In this document: piece by piece, positions 29,096-39,229 of the stretch | Numbering within the stretch: position 1 is the stretch's first letter | Layout: the number at the start of each line of letters is the position of its first letter | Assembly: GCA_963668625.2 (NCBI GenBank) | Contig: CAXXKA010000001.1 | Coordinates: forward strand, 96,001-160,000 | Origin: an uncultured candidate division Zixibacteria bacterium | GTDB lineage: Bacteria > Zixibacteria > MSB-5A5 > UBA10806 > 4484-95 | Length of the DNA: 64,000 bases | Direction of reading: 5' to 3' | Made by a program: the position numbers and the translations under genes | Notes under the pieces: model-generated | Told to the model about the DNA's origin: nothing | Database searches by the model: none | What the model saw: only the letters and a program-made list of their open reading frames with translations

Positions 29096-31420
29096 CTATT
29101 TTAGCAATACCATTTTTCTGGATTCGGAATATTTATCCGTCTCCAACTTATAGAAATAAACACCGGATGGTATTCCATTTGCCTGCCATGTTACCTGATG
29201 TTCACCGGCGGGCTGGCTATTATCCACCAGAGAACTTATCTTTCTGCCCAGGATATCATAAACATCCAGCTTGACATCCGTGCTCCTGGGCAGATTGTAT
29301 TTTATGATCGCGCTTTCGTTAAATGGATTGGGGTAAGCACAGGTAATCATTGATTTTTCAGGAAGCAAATCATTATCGGATTCAGGCACGGATGTCTGGT
29401 TGAGGACTTTTCCCAGGGTCCAACTCGTACTATAAAGCGATGCATCGTTACCATTATCGGAATGGTCATGGATGATATCGCCGTTGCCTTCCTCCATGGG
29501 CCAGTAAGCAACCAGTCCGGGCTCGTTGCCCTCGAGCGTTACATTTATTGATGATTGAATCTCTGTGCCGGATCTAGCATGATCCCAGATTCTCAACTCA
29601 TCGATTAAACCATCAAAAGTTTCCGCTAGTCCTTCGGCGTTACCGATATAAAGGTTTTCATACAGGTTGTCGTTTATCCCGCCCACAGGCGGATTAATTT
29701 GAGAGAGTGTTCGAGGAGATCCGTTTATATAAAGCAACATGCCATCGCTCAGGTTATAAGTTACGGCGATATGCTGCCAGGAATTCAACCGAATGGATAA
29801 ATCTGGCGAATAGCTGAAACCACTCGTACTCTCTGAATCGTTATGAAAGATCACCAGACAACTGTCGTTCAACGTGCCGCCTGCCCGGCAAATGAAAATC
29901 CCTATATTGGCTTTATCGATTATTTTGCCCAACCCGATCGAGGTATTTTCTCCCCAACCATCAGGATATATCCAGCCCTCAATGGTAAAAGCATCCGTGA
30001 TATTGAGGGTTGGATCAGCTTCGCATAGTGCGTAGCTTTCCATTCCATCGAACTGAAGAGCCGAATAACCATCGAAAACCTGCACGTAATTTTCATATAT
30101 GACGGTATGGGTATCGGCATCGCATACGATACCCAGCTTAACAGTGTATTCGCCGGACTCATCGAAAGTATAAGTCGGATGTTGCTCGTACGAATCTATC
30201 TGGCCGTCGTCGTCGAAATCCCAGAGCCGGCCGGTGATAGGTTGAGCCGGTAGGGAGGTATCCTCGAACTCCACTTCGAGAGGAGCATGGCCTGTAGTGG
30301 GCGAACCCTCGAATCGATAATTATAGAGCATATTTTCGAACCAGGCGATCTCATTGCCATATTGGGCCGAACCTAAAATGTCAACATCCCCGTCCTGATC
30401 GACATCAATGATACTCAAACCGGTCGCGCCGTCGAAATTATCGATGACGATATGTTTCGTGAAATTCTGTAAACCGTCATTTTCCCACCAGGATATTTCA
30501 TCGCCGTCTATCGCAATACCTATTACATCGACATCACCGTCATTATCGAAATCGGCGGTGCGTACCAGGTGAGGACGGCGAAAATCCGAATCGATTTCGA
30601 TATACGATAGATTTCCGTCGCCGTCATTTTCCCACCATCCAATGCGATTAACTTCGCATACCGTAGTCAGCAAATCCAAATCGTCGTCTCCGTCCAGGTC
30701 ATCAGCATATATACAGCTCGGCCGTCCCCAGTTTTGGGAGATAATGTTATCAGTAAAATTGCTCTCGCCGTCATTTTCGAATACACAGATAATCGATGAA
30801 ATGCTGGCCGTACCCATCAAGTCCATGTCGTCGTCACCATCCAGATCGCCCGCGCAGATATGATTTGCGCGTGTCCAGTCATCGTGAAAAATATGTGGAG
30901 TGAAATCCTCCGCGCCATCGTTTTCGAACCAGCCTATTCTGCTGGTATTGTATTCACAGGCGGTTGCCATTATATCCAAATCTCCGTCGCTGTCGATATC
31001 GGCTGCTTTCGCCAGGTTAGCTCCGGGCCAACTGGCTATATTGCGACGTTGAAACTGAAGCTCGCCGATATTTTCAAGCCAGCCTATGCATGCGCCGGAG
31101 TTTAAGGCAATGACAATATCCATATCACTATCCTGATCAAGATCGATTACCTGGCAAGCCATAGCTCCGGGGACAGTCGATGATATCGAATGCATAGTGA
31201 AATTCTGATTTCCGTCGTTTTCCCACCAGTCCAGACGCCCCCCGTAAAATGATGTCGCTACGGCATCGATATCGCCGTCAACATCGAGATCTACTCCCTG
31301 AACCCACCATGGGCTGTTATAGTCGCCGGCTATGATATGCTCTGAAAACTCAGGTTGAGCCAAACATAGCGACGCGGAAAATACTATTAGTATCGTTAAT
31401 CTTGCTACCGGTTTGTTCAT
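29096..31420 (-). CDS. T9SS cargo: FG-GAP/VCBS beta-propeller + PKD + LamG + CTD
   Basis: Seven D.D.DGD.D...W.EN.G repeats, WDFDDDG PKD, WQHIAVTY/FDGLIDELRIW LamG, YPNPFN CTD. Confidence 0.88.
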   Translation of the reverse strand: MNKPVARLTILIVFSASLCLAQPEFSEHIIAGDYNSPWWVQGVDLDVDGDIDAVATSFYGGRLDWWENDGNQNFTMHSISSTVPGAMACQVIDLDQDSDMDIVIALNSGACIGWLENIGELQFQRRNIASWPGANLAKAADIDSDGDLDIMATACEYNTSRIGWFENDGAEDFTPHIFHDDWTRANHICAGDLDGDDDMDLMGTASISSIICVFENDGESNFTDNIISQNWGRPSCIYADDLDGDDDLDLLTTVCEVNRIGWWENDGDGNLSYIEIDSDFRRPHLVRTADFDNDGDVDVIGIAIDGDEISWWENDGLQNFTKHIVIDNFDGATGLSIIDVDQDGDVDILGSAQYGNEIAWFENMLYNYRFEGSPTTGHAPLEVEFEDTSLPAQPITGRLWDFDDDGQIDSYEQHPTYTFDESGEYTVKLGIVCDADTHTVIYENYVQVFDGYSALQFDGMESYALCEADPTLNITDAFTIEGWIYPDGWGENTSIGLGKIIDKANIGIFICRAGGTLNDSCLVIFHNDSESTSGFSYSPDLSIRLNSWQHIAVTYNLSDGMLLYINGSPRTLSQINPPVGGINDNLYENLYIGNAEGLAETFDGLIDELRIWDHARSGTEIQSSINVTLEGNEPGLVAYWPMEEGNGDIIHDHSDNGNDASLYSTSWTLGKVLNQTSVPESDNDLLPEKSMITCAYPNPFNESAIIKYNLPRSTDVKLDVYDILGRKISSLVDNSQPAGEHQVTWQANGIPSGVYFYKLETDKYSESRKMVLLK

Positions 31421-31466
31421 TTTCCTTCTCCTACCATTACTTGGGAGATCGACGTTGTTGCCTTGT

Positions 31467-33842
31467 TTACTTTAGAAGCATCATCTTTCTTACTTCCGTG
31501 TTTTTCCCCGATGAGAGTTTGTAGAAGTAAATCCCCGATGGCATTCCCTTCGCGTTCCAGGTAACTTTATGTTCCCCCGAGGGCATCCGACCTTCGGCTA
31601 TTGTTTCGATCTTGCGTCCCAGTATATCGAAAATCTCTAACTTAATCATATCGGGGCGATCGAGCCGATAGCATATTATAGCGCTGTTATTGAATGGATT
31701 GGGATATGCCTGCGAAAGACCGGATTTTTCCGGAAGAAAATTACTTTCGCTTTCAATATCTGTCGGCTCCAATTGTTTTCCGGCAGCCCAGCGCACATCG
31801 ATTAGCATGCCGCTATTAAGGTAGTAACTGTTGTCCCAGGCGAATTCATCACCGCCTTCATCCATTCGCCAATTGAGAATGAGATTATCCGATCCACCGT
31901 CAACGTAATTGTTCATGCAAACATTGATCAAATGACCGGAGCGAACGGTGTCCCATATCCTTAGTTCATCGATGACACCATCGAACGTATGTGAACCCTC
32001 GATGCTGTTTCCGACTATCAAATCGATATCTGAATTGTCCTGAATCGGGCCGTCGATAGCGGTAGTTGATGTCAACTCCTGCGAGACGCCGTTGATATAT
32101 ATGTTAACCTCGTTGATAGCATCATAGCTGACAGCTATATGTTGCCACTGATCGAGCGTTATCGAGTTCTCCGGAGTATTGATAAATCCGCCGGCGCCGC
32201 CGGAGTCCCTGAAATAAAACACGAGACTGTGACTATTTAAACCGCCATGATCATAAAGGGACAACTCTATATAGTTTTTATCGAGAATGCTACCCATACC
32301 CATCGAGATGTTCTCGCCCCAGCCGTAAGGATGTATCCAGGCCTCGATAGTAAACGGCCCGATTAAGTTCATCGATTCGGAAGCCGGGCTGCTGACATAG
32401 CTGACTTCGCCATCGAACTCCAACGCGCTTTGGCCGTCGAATACGCGAACGTAATCCTCGTAAGTAGTCTCGGTAGAATGAATACCATCCGATATTTTGA
32501 GCCTTACCGAGTAATTGCCGGGAGATGTATATTCGTGAGCAGGGTTTTGATCGTATGAATCGGTCACACCATCGTTGTCGAAATCCCATTCCCATGAACT
32601 GGCGTTACCAAGCGATTGATCGGTGAAATTAACCTCATGCGGAGCATGGCCCGAGGGAGTATCCACCGCAAATGATGACTCGAGGTTCGACAGCATCATT
32701 ACGAAAATATCGAACGCTCCATTGCCCCGGGCATTGGTTTGGCCCGCGACAAGGTAGCCGTTGCTAATCTCGCAGATATCATCAGCCCAACTGGAGCCGG
32801 GTGTATCTATGGTCGTACTCCAAAGCTCGTTGCCCGTGGAATCGATTTTGATCAGGTGAACGTTATTGCCATTGATAGTTGATTTCGTTACCCCGCAAAG
32901 AATATAGCCGCCGTCGCTTGTCTGTACGGCGTCCCTGCCGAAATCGTAAAATGTACTTACTCCAAGAAGCTGCTGCCAGCGGAAACTGCCGTCGCTTTCG
33001 ACCTTGATAGCATTAAAATCATAAATTTCCCGGTTGTGACGGCTGGCATGTCCAACCAGTAAATATCCGCCGTCATCAGTGCGGATTATGGAATGGCACC
33101 AGTCATGGTTGAGGTTGAGATCGGAACCGTATGTGCCCATATCGTATATATCGCCGTCGCTATCGATCCAGGTCAAATAACTGTCGCGGTTATCCGTACC
33201 GCCGGGGGAGGTTTTAGTGCCTCCGAAAACATAGTTGCCGCCCAGTTGGAATATGGCGTCTCCCGAGGTGGATCCTAAACCATCATAGATATCACTCCAT
33301 TCCTCGTTGCCGTTCGAATCTACCTTGATGATATAGGTATCGTGTTCGCCCAGCTCATCACTTTCGGCCCAGCCGCTTATTATATAACCGCCATCCGAGG
33401 TTTGAATAACATCCTGGCCGATCTCCTCGACAGCGGTTCCATATGTAGCTTGCCATTCCTGAATACCGGAGGAGTTGATTTTTAGCAGGTAAACATCCTT
33501 GCCGCCCGTACCGAATGAACTGGTGTATCCGACTATGACATAGCCGCCATCTCCGGTTTGCCTGACACGGTTGGCATAGTCTCGTAATGCGCCACCGTAG
33601 GTATAGCTGTTTAACTCGTTGCCGAAAGCATCGATTTTGACCAGTAATATATCCGAACTGCCATTGCCTTCCGAAAAAGTATAGCCGGCGAGAACCGCGC
33701 CGCCATCGCTGGTGGGGCAAATGGATCTAGCGCCCTCGGACAGCGAATCGCCGATAGTGATAGTCCAGACGGTATCGAGCTGGGCGAAACAGGGTGTTGC
33801 CATGATGAATATCACCAGTATCGTTCTTAGAATTTTACTCAT
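31467..33842 (-). CDS. T9SS cargo: QT.DGGY-repeat beta-propeller + PKD + LamG + CTD
   Basis: Start MSKILR overlapping upstream stop; repeats QTSDGGYI..G...D.YL.K.DS.G...W; WEWDFDNDG; FDGVIDELRIW; YPNPFN. Confidence 0.88.
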   Translation of the reverse strand: MSKILRTILVIFIMATPCFAQLDTVWTITIGDSLSEGARSICPTSDGGAVLAGYTFSEGNGSSDILLVKIDAFGNELNSYTYGGALRDYANRVRQTGDGGYVIVGYTSSFGTGGKDVYLLKINSSGIQEWQATYGTAVEEIGQDVIQTSDGGYIISGWAESDELGEHDTYIIKVDSNGNEEWSDIYDGLGSTSGDAIFQLGGNYVFGGTKTSPGGTDNRDSYLTWIDSDGDIYDMGTYGSDLNLNHDWCHSIIRTDDGGYLLVGHASRHNREIYDFNAIKVESDGSFRWQQLLGVSTFYDFGRDAVQTSDGGYILCGVTKSTINGNNVHLIKIDSTGNELWSTTIDTPGSSWADDICEISNGYLVAGQTNARGNGAFDIFVMMLSNLESSFAVDTPSGHAPHEVNFTDQSLGNASSWEWDFDNDGVTDSYDQNPAHEYTSPGNYSVRLKISDGIHSTETTYEDYVRVFDGQSALEFDGEVSYVSSPASESMNLIGPFTIEAWIHPYGWGENISMGMGSILDKNYIELSLYDHGGLNSHSLVFYFRDSGGAGGFINTPENSITLDQWQHIAVSYDAINEVNIYINGVSQELTSTTAIDGPIQDNSDIDLIVGNSIEGSHTFDGVIDELRIWDTVRSGHLINVCMNNYVDGGSDNLILNWRMDEGGDEFAWDNSYYLNSGMLIDVRWAAGKQLEPTDIESESNFLPEKSGLSQAYPNPFNNSAIICYRLDRPDMIKLEIFDILGRKIETIAEGRMPSGEHKVTWNAKGMPSGIYFYKLSSGKNTEVRKMMLLK

Positions 33843-34485
33843 CACTTGCCCCCTCTCTTTCCTGACTGCAGATTTCGACACAATCGGCCACTGCCTGGCA
33901 GTTTTGCGGAGCGAAAAAATCACCGCGCACGCAGGTTACTATATTGCCATCGGTGACAGGTGGAACTCGCACGCCGGCGAAAATAGCTCCTGCCGCTTCG
34001 TACTCCGACCGGTAACTGGGATTGCCGGTGACCGAAACGCCGTCTAAAACATCCGCCGCCGCCAAAACACGCACGCCGGTACAAAACGCCCCGATTGTTA
34101 TATTGGCGGCTACTGCATTTTGGATAAGGGTTAAGGCATCGCTGCTGGCCATCAGGTCAGAGCAAGGATCGTACTGAACCGTCGTGCTCGAGGTGATCAG
34201 AACACAATCGAATTCCGTTACATCATCGATGTCGGAGATAAGTATATCGACATCGATGGACGGGCAGCCGAAAGGTTGAGCGAAAGCGGGGCAGGGTGGA
34301 ACCTGTGCTGTTAAGGCGGTAGTGGTTATGTCCCAGCCTTTCTTTTCGAACTCATCGGCTATCAAATAAAAATTCGCGCCATAGTTATAGGGCAGTATTA
34401 TGAGGGCTTTCACATTACCGTGCGCCTGTGATACCGAGCCGAGTAAAACTATAAACGCAAAAATACACATAAGCAATTTTCTCAT
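33835..34485 (-). CDS. DJ-1/PfpI family protein with signal peptide
   Basis: AAGGAG SD then MRKLL; EFDCVLI, GAFCTGV..LAAAD.L.G..VT, V.DGNIVT. Confidence 0.8.
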   Translation of the reverse strand: MRKLLMCIFAFIVLLGSVSQAHGNVKALIILPYNYGANFYLIADEFEKKGWDITTTALTAQVPPCPAFAQPFGCPSIDVDILISDIDDVTEFDCVLITSSTTVQYDPCSDLMASSDALTLIQNAVAANITIGAFCTGVRVLAAADVLDGVSVTGNPSYRSEYEAAGAIFAGVRVPPVTDGNIVTCVRGDFFAPQNCQAVADCVEICSQEREGASDE

Positions 34486-34885
34486 CGAAACTCCTTTCAA
34501 TTGCGAAATATGAAATTATCAGAGGCGCTTTTCTACGACTGCTGTTTCATTAAGCTAATACGTTTAAACAAATATTATGATACGCGCTACGCTCCATCCG
34601 TGGGTTATTTCTACTCGTTTCACTTTTAATACAATCGAGTATTTTATTTATTCCGTTCGATTTTCATATCGAGAGTTAAATGGCCTATTGACATTATACA
34701 CCCTCGGTCATTTCGATAAACTTTACGAAAACAGTCACCATGAAAAGAAAAAACCCGAGCTTATCGTTAAAAAACATATACTCAGGTAAGAGAGGCAGTC
34801 ATGCGAGAGTGAGAGGCACTCTGGTTATAGAGTTGTTGCACTCATGATACAATTGTAGTCAGGATTTATTCCGTTAATATTTTGG

Positions 34886-35803
34886 CTAAATTAATCCCCG
34901 GCCGGAAAGTTTCAGAAAAACATCCTCCAAGTTAGCGGGACGTTTTAACAGGCCTTTAGGTTTGAACTTGCTCAATTCGGCAACGATAGGATCGCCATCA
35001 TTGGTGTAGATATAAGCCTTATCACCGGTAAATTCGACCCTGCCTTTTTCACCGACAATACCGGGCAAAGCCTCGATCAATTCTCGATCTGGATCGATAA
35101 GCTCGATAGCCTCGATGCCGATATGCTCTTTTATGAGATGCTCGGGAGTACCTCGCGCGATAATTTTGCCCTGATCCATCATTAAAAGCCTGTCGCAGAG
35201 TTGCGCCGCCTCATCCATGTAATGAGTGGTGAGAATGATCGTGATACCTGATTTTTTCAGGGCTCTCAGTTTTTGCCATACCAGGTGACGGGCCTGGGGA
35301 TCGAGGCCGGTAGTAGGTTCATCAAGAATGAGTATTTTCGGATTATTGATAAGCCCCCGGATAATCATCAACCTGCGTTTCATACCGCCCGATAGCTCCT
35401 CGATTATCACATCCTTTTTATCCTCGAGCGACATCATTTCGATCAGCTTATCGGCCCGGGGGGAGGATTCTTTTTCCGGGATATCGAAATAGCGTCCATA
35501 AGTCAACAGGTTTTCTTTTACATTCAAATCGGGATCGAGCGAGTCCTCTTGCTGCACCACGCCCAAAATCTTTTTCACCCCGCGGGGATATTTCATGACA
35601 TCCAGGCCATCCACCTCCAGAAGGCCGCTATCGGGCAAGATAAAACAGTAGATCATTTTCATGGTGGTAGTTTTACCGGCGCCGTTGGGCCCTAAGAAAC
35701 CGAAAGTCTCGCCCTCGGTAATCTCGAACTCGATATGATCGACGGCTGTTAGATCTTTATATTGCTTATACAGCTTTGAGGCTTTGATAATCGATTCAGG
35801 CAT
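34886..35803 (-). CDS. ABC transporter ATP-binding protein (NodI/DrrA-like)
   Basis: GPNGAGKTT, LSGGMKRR, ILDEPTTGLDP, TTHYMDEA, LEDVFL. Confidence 0.92.
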   Translation of the reverse strand: MPESIIKASKLYKQYKDLTAVDHIEFEITEGETFGFLGPNGAGKTTTMKMIYCFILPDSGLLEVDGLDVMKYPRGVKKILGVVQQEDSLDPDLNVKENLLTYGRYFDIPEKESSPRADKLIEMMSLEDKKDVIIEELSGGMKRRLMIIRGLINNPKILILDEPTTGLDPQARHLVWQKLRALKKSGITIILTTHYMDEAAQLCDRLLMMDQGKIIARGTPEHLIKEHIGIEAIELIDPDRELIEALPGIVGEKGRVEFTGDKAYIYTNDGDPIVAELSKFKPKGLLKRPANLEDVFLKLSGRGLI

Positions 35804-36791
35804 TGGAAAACAGGTTCAACTCCTCTATCGCGTACTGCGCGATTTTGTTGCGATTGGCGAGTGTGGCTTTTATCGCGTTATAACCTCGGTATTTCAAATC
35901 CTCGACTATATCCTTGAAACCGAACAGGCAGTAAATCACTTTCGGCTTTGCCATCTCGATATAGTTGATCAAATCATTATACGAGGCGTGATCGGAAAGC
36001 GGAATCAGCTTATCGACATAAGGTAATCGTATATAGCCCGGGTACAACGCCCAGCCGGAAACGAAACAGGTGCGCTTGCGATAGGCAGGGAAGAGGTCGT
36101 GCAAATTCTTATACGAGGGCGGCAATACCAGTGCGCCGTTTTCCGGGTAACTATCGCTTAGCTCGTGGAAATTGTCTATTTTGACGTCATATTTATTGTG
36201 TATCTCGGCGTTAAGCACGGCCTGAGGCACGCCGTACGTATGAAAGCCCTCATCACCGAGGATTTTCATCACCTCCTGCGCCTTACCGGTGCTATAAGCG
36301 AATATCACCGGTATATCTCCCTTGTACAGAGCCGCCTCTACGAATTCCAGCAATTGTTGTTTGATATAGCCGTAGTCCGGAAACTCGAAACGTTTGCTAC
36401 CGAAAGTGGTATCGATAAACAATACGTCGCATTCGTGAATCTCGGCCTGTTTGCAAGTATCGTTCGGGCTTAGTTTAAAGTCACCGGTATATACTACCCG
36501 GTAACCCTGGTAGTCGATAACGAACTGTGCCGAGCCGAGAATATGCCCGGCCGGTTCGGGTCTTAAAGTCGCGCCATCGAAATTGTAGCTTTTGCCGAAC
36601 TCCATAGGCACGCCATGAAAATCGCCGATCATATTATGCGTAAGCTCCAGAGTCGGCGGTGTGGCGAATATGGTCTTATGTTTTTTTACATGATCGGAGT
36701 GAGCGTGCGTGACCGCTGCCGCCGGTTTCACCCGCGTCGGGTCAAGTATAAGCTCCTCACCGATGTTTATTCCGCAGTTGAGTTCTATCAA
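35796..36791 (-). CDS. MBL-fold beta-CASP nuclease (ligase-associated exonuclease-like)
   Basis: THAHSDH, AGHILGS, YTGD, DTTFG, GKAQE, SGW, LSDHA. Confidence 0.82.
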   Translation of the reverse strand: MIELNCGINIGEELILDPTRVKPAAAVTHAHSDHVKKHKTIFATPPTLELTHNMIGDFHGVPMEFGKSYNFDGATLRPEPAGHILGSAQFVIDYQGYRVVYTGDFKLSPNDTCKQAEIHECDVLFIDTTFGSKRFEFPDYGYIKQQLLEFVEAALYKGDIPVIFAYSTGKAQEVMKILGDEGFHTYGVPQAVLNAEIHNKYDVKIDNFHELSDSYPENGALVLPPSYKNLHDLFPAYRKRTCFVSGWALYPGYIRLPYVDKLIPLSDHASYNDLINYIEMAKPKVIYCLFGFKDIVEDLKYRGYNAIKATLANRNKIAQYAIEELNLFSNA

Positions 36792-37282
36792 AGCTTATAA
36801 CCAATATCACGAAGGAATATTTTCCGGGCTTTTCTCTGGGCGTCATTTTCGACTCCCTTCGGCGGGAAACCATCGATTACGCCTAAAACGGCGCCGCCTT
36901 GCTCTTTCCTGGTGACTACGACCTGAATCGGATTGGCGGTGGCGCAATAGAGCCTGACAATCTCGGGCACATTCTTGATAGCCGGAAGAAAATTCAACGG
37001 GAACGCATCCCTTAAAAAGATAATGAAACTGTGACCGCAGCCTATTTCCATTAGGGCGTCGGCGGCTAGTTTCACCAGGTCCTTATCGTTGCCCTCGGTG
37101 CGTATCAGGCATTCCTGCGAGGCCTCGGAGAAGGCTATGCCGAATTTGACACTGGTACTGTTATTGACCATCACCTCGTACAGGTCCTCGGCGGTCTTGA
37201 TAAAATGAGAATGCCCGAAAATGACATTACAGCCCTCGGGAATATTTATTGCGACGGTACTGATATCCATATTAGCCTCCAT
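36788..37282 (-). CDS. Adenosine-specific kinase family protein (DUF355)
   Basis: GHSHFIKT.EDL, FGIAF.EAS, GH.F, CATANP, GVIDG..P. Confidence 0.88.
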   Translation of the reverse strand: MEANMDISTVAINIPEGCNVIFGHSHFIKTAEDLYEVMVNNSTSVKFGIAFSEASQECLIRTEGNDKDLVKLAADALMEIGCGHSFIIFLRDAFPLNFLPAIKNVPEIVRLYCATANPIQVVVTRKEQGGAVLGVIDGFPPKGVENDAQRKARKIFLRDIGYKL

Positions 37283-37303
37283 CGTTATTTTCTATATTGA
37301 TAT

Positions 37304-38275
37304 TTAATTGGATAGAGATAAAATTTCAATAGCTTTTTGAAAATCCTCCGGCAAATTGCTCTCGAAACTCATCTCTTTCTGCTTTCGGGGATGCATGAAA
37401 GTCAGTTTCTGGGCGTGAAGCGCCTGTGTTTCCAGTGTCCTCAGAAGTGATAATCCCAACTGCTTCTTGGGGCCGGTGAGCCGGGTAACCGATTTGGAAC
37501 GACCGCCGTAGGCCGGATCGCCGACTACAGGATTACCGTAATGGGAGAGATGCACCCTTATTTGATGAGTTCTGCCGGTTTCGAGCTTAACTCTAAGCAG
37601 CTCGGCTATGTTGAATGTGTGTATCACCTTAAAATGCGTGACCGCATCCCGGGCTTTCGTGCCGTATACTTTCATTACCTTACGATCACTGGGCGAGCGT
37701 CCCATCGGCAAATCGATAGTGCCCTCCGCCTGCGGCATCTTTCCCCAGACCAGGGCGGCGTATTCGCGCTTGATAGTACGCTTCTTCATCATTTTCTGTA
37801 AAGTTGCAAGCATCTGCTCTGTTTTGGCGATTACCAGCAATCCAGATGTATCCTTGTCCAGGCGATGTACCAGGCCGGGTCTGAGTTTATCCGAAAAATC
37901 AGCTAATCCCTTGAAATGATATAATAGCCCGTTTATCAGGGTACCATCGTAATTACCTGCTGCCGGGTGGCAGACAACACCGGCCTGCTTGTTGACAATC
38001 AGCAGGTATTCATCCTCATAAACGATATCAAGCGGGATATCCTCAGGCTCGGCTTCCAGTGGCGGGGGCGCAACCATTTCGATAACTATTTGATCGCCGG
38101 GTTTGACTTTATACGAGGGCTTTAATTGCTTGCCGTTTAAAGTGATATATCCGCCTGAGGCTAGCTTGGTGAAATGACTTCGGGTGTGATCGAAAACCTT
38201 GCGCGCGCAGAATATATCGAGCCTGTTACCGGCCTCATTCTCCGGCACTGTCAGTTTTAAGATCGGATCGTCCAT
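37304..38275 (-). CDS. rluD: RluA/RluD family pseudouridine synthase
   Basis: S4 domain, VHRLDKDTSG, TGRTHQIRVH, GDP.YG, ALHA. Confidence 0.9.
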   Translation of the reverse strand: MDDPILKLTVPENEAGNRLDIFCARKVFDHTRSHFTKLASGGYITLNGKQLKPSYKVKPGDQIVIEMVAPPPLEAEPEDIPLDIVYEDEYLLIVNKQAGVVCHPAAGNYDGTLINGLLYHFKGLADFSDKLRPGLVHRLDKDTSGLLVIAKTEQMLATLQKMMKKRTIKREYAALVWGKMPQAEGTIDLPMGRSPSDRKVMKVYGTKARDAVTHFKVIHTFNIAELLRVKLETGRTHQIRVHLSHYGNPVVGDPAYGGRSKSVTRLTGPKKQLGLSLLRTLETQALHAQKLTFMHPRKQKEMSFESNLPEDFQKAIEILSLSN

Positions 38276-38834
38276 TTGTTGCTTCTTCGCTGGCTTTTTC
38301 GCCTAACAATTGATGTCCCAATTTATCCTGTATCAGGAGGTATATTATAAATCCTAGAAGTCCAAGCGTGATCGCAGCATCAGCGATATTGAATACGTAC
38401 CATCGGTAAAGTTGGAAACCGGTAAACTCCAGGCCCAAAAAGCTAAATGAGGGAATAGTGACATCAATAGTGTTAATATCGATGAAATCGATTACCTGCC
38501 CGTAAGATATCCTGTCTATCTGGTTGCCTAACGCTCCGCCTACCACGAATGCCAGGCAGTATTTGGCAATTTTATCGGTGGATGGCACTTTAACGAAATA
38601 AATTATCACGATGACAACCGCCAGCATAGAGATAATAGTGTAAACCCAGAAATTACCTATATTTATGCCAAAAGCGCCGCCTGGATTGTAAACGAATGTA
38701 AAGCGTAGAAAATCACCAAGTATCTGTATCGTTTCGCCCGGCACGAATTTGGCATGAATATAAAGCTTGCTCAGTTGATCAATAAGAATGACTGACACAA
38801 TGCTTATAAGGTAAGGACGATACTCAGGCCTCAC
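38235..38834 (-). CDS. lspA: Lipoprotein signal peptidase II
   Basis: DQLSK, N.GGAFG, GGALGN.IDR, VIDFID, FNIAD. Confidence 0.95.
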   Translation of the reverse strand: MRPEYRPYLISIVSVILIDQLSKLYIHAKFVPGETIQILGDFLRFTFVYNPGGAFGINIGNFWVYTIISMLAVVIVIIYFVKVPSTDKIAKYCLAFVVGGALGNQIDRISYGQVIDFIDINTIDVTIPSFSFLGLEFTGFQLYRWYVFNIADAAITLGLLGFIIYLLIQDKLGHQLLGEKASEEATNGRSDLKTDSAGE

Positions 38835-39210
38835 GAGCTTTTCTAATCTCCTCGGCTTCTTTGCATTTTATACACATTCGGGCATGAGGAACAGCTTTCA
38901 GTCGAGCTGCACCTATAGGTTTCCCGCATTCCACACAGTTGCCGTACTTGCCGTCCCGTATGCGGCGCAGGGCCTCATCGATATGATACAGCAGCCGTCC
39001 CGATTTCGAGGCGAACATGAAAGCCTTCTCGCGTTCCATTGCGTCAGTGCCCTGATCAGCCATATGATAGGAATAGGATGACAGATCGCCCGAGCTCTCC
39101 TTAGTGGTGTTATCCAGCGAGGTTTTTCGGATAGCGCCCATGTCTTCGATCAACTGACGTCTTTTATCCAAGAGAAGTCTCTCGTACTTCTTATAGTCAT
39201 CCTTCTTCAC
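38824..39210 (-). CDS. TraR/DksA C4 zinc-finger transcription factor
   Basis: HMADQGTD, AL.RI..G.YG.CVECG..I...RL.AVP.A..C..C. Confidence 0.9.
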   Translation of the reverse strand: MKKDDYKKYERLLLDKRRQLIEDMGAIRKTSLDNTTKESSGDLSSYSYHMADQGTDAMEREKAFMFASKSGRLLYHIDEALRRIRDGKYGNCVECGKPIGAARLKAVPHARMCIKCKEAEEIRKAREA

Positions 39211-39229
39211 ATTTAACTCCGGGATAAAG

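Noticed and set aside
30340-33780. Periodic DNA similarity suggesting a CRISPR or tandem array
   Set aside because: Explained by protein propeller repeats; no identical direct repeats with spacers
34577-34789. 70-aa + strand ORF and weak hairpin at ~34799-34856
   Set aside because: No SD, AT-rich promoter-like region, no recognisable motif; hairpin short and interrupted
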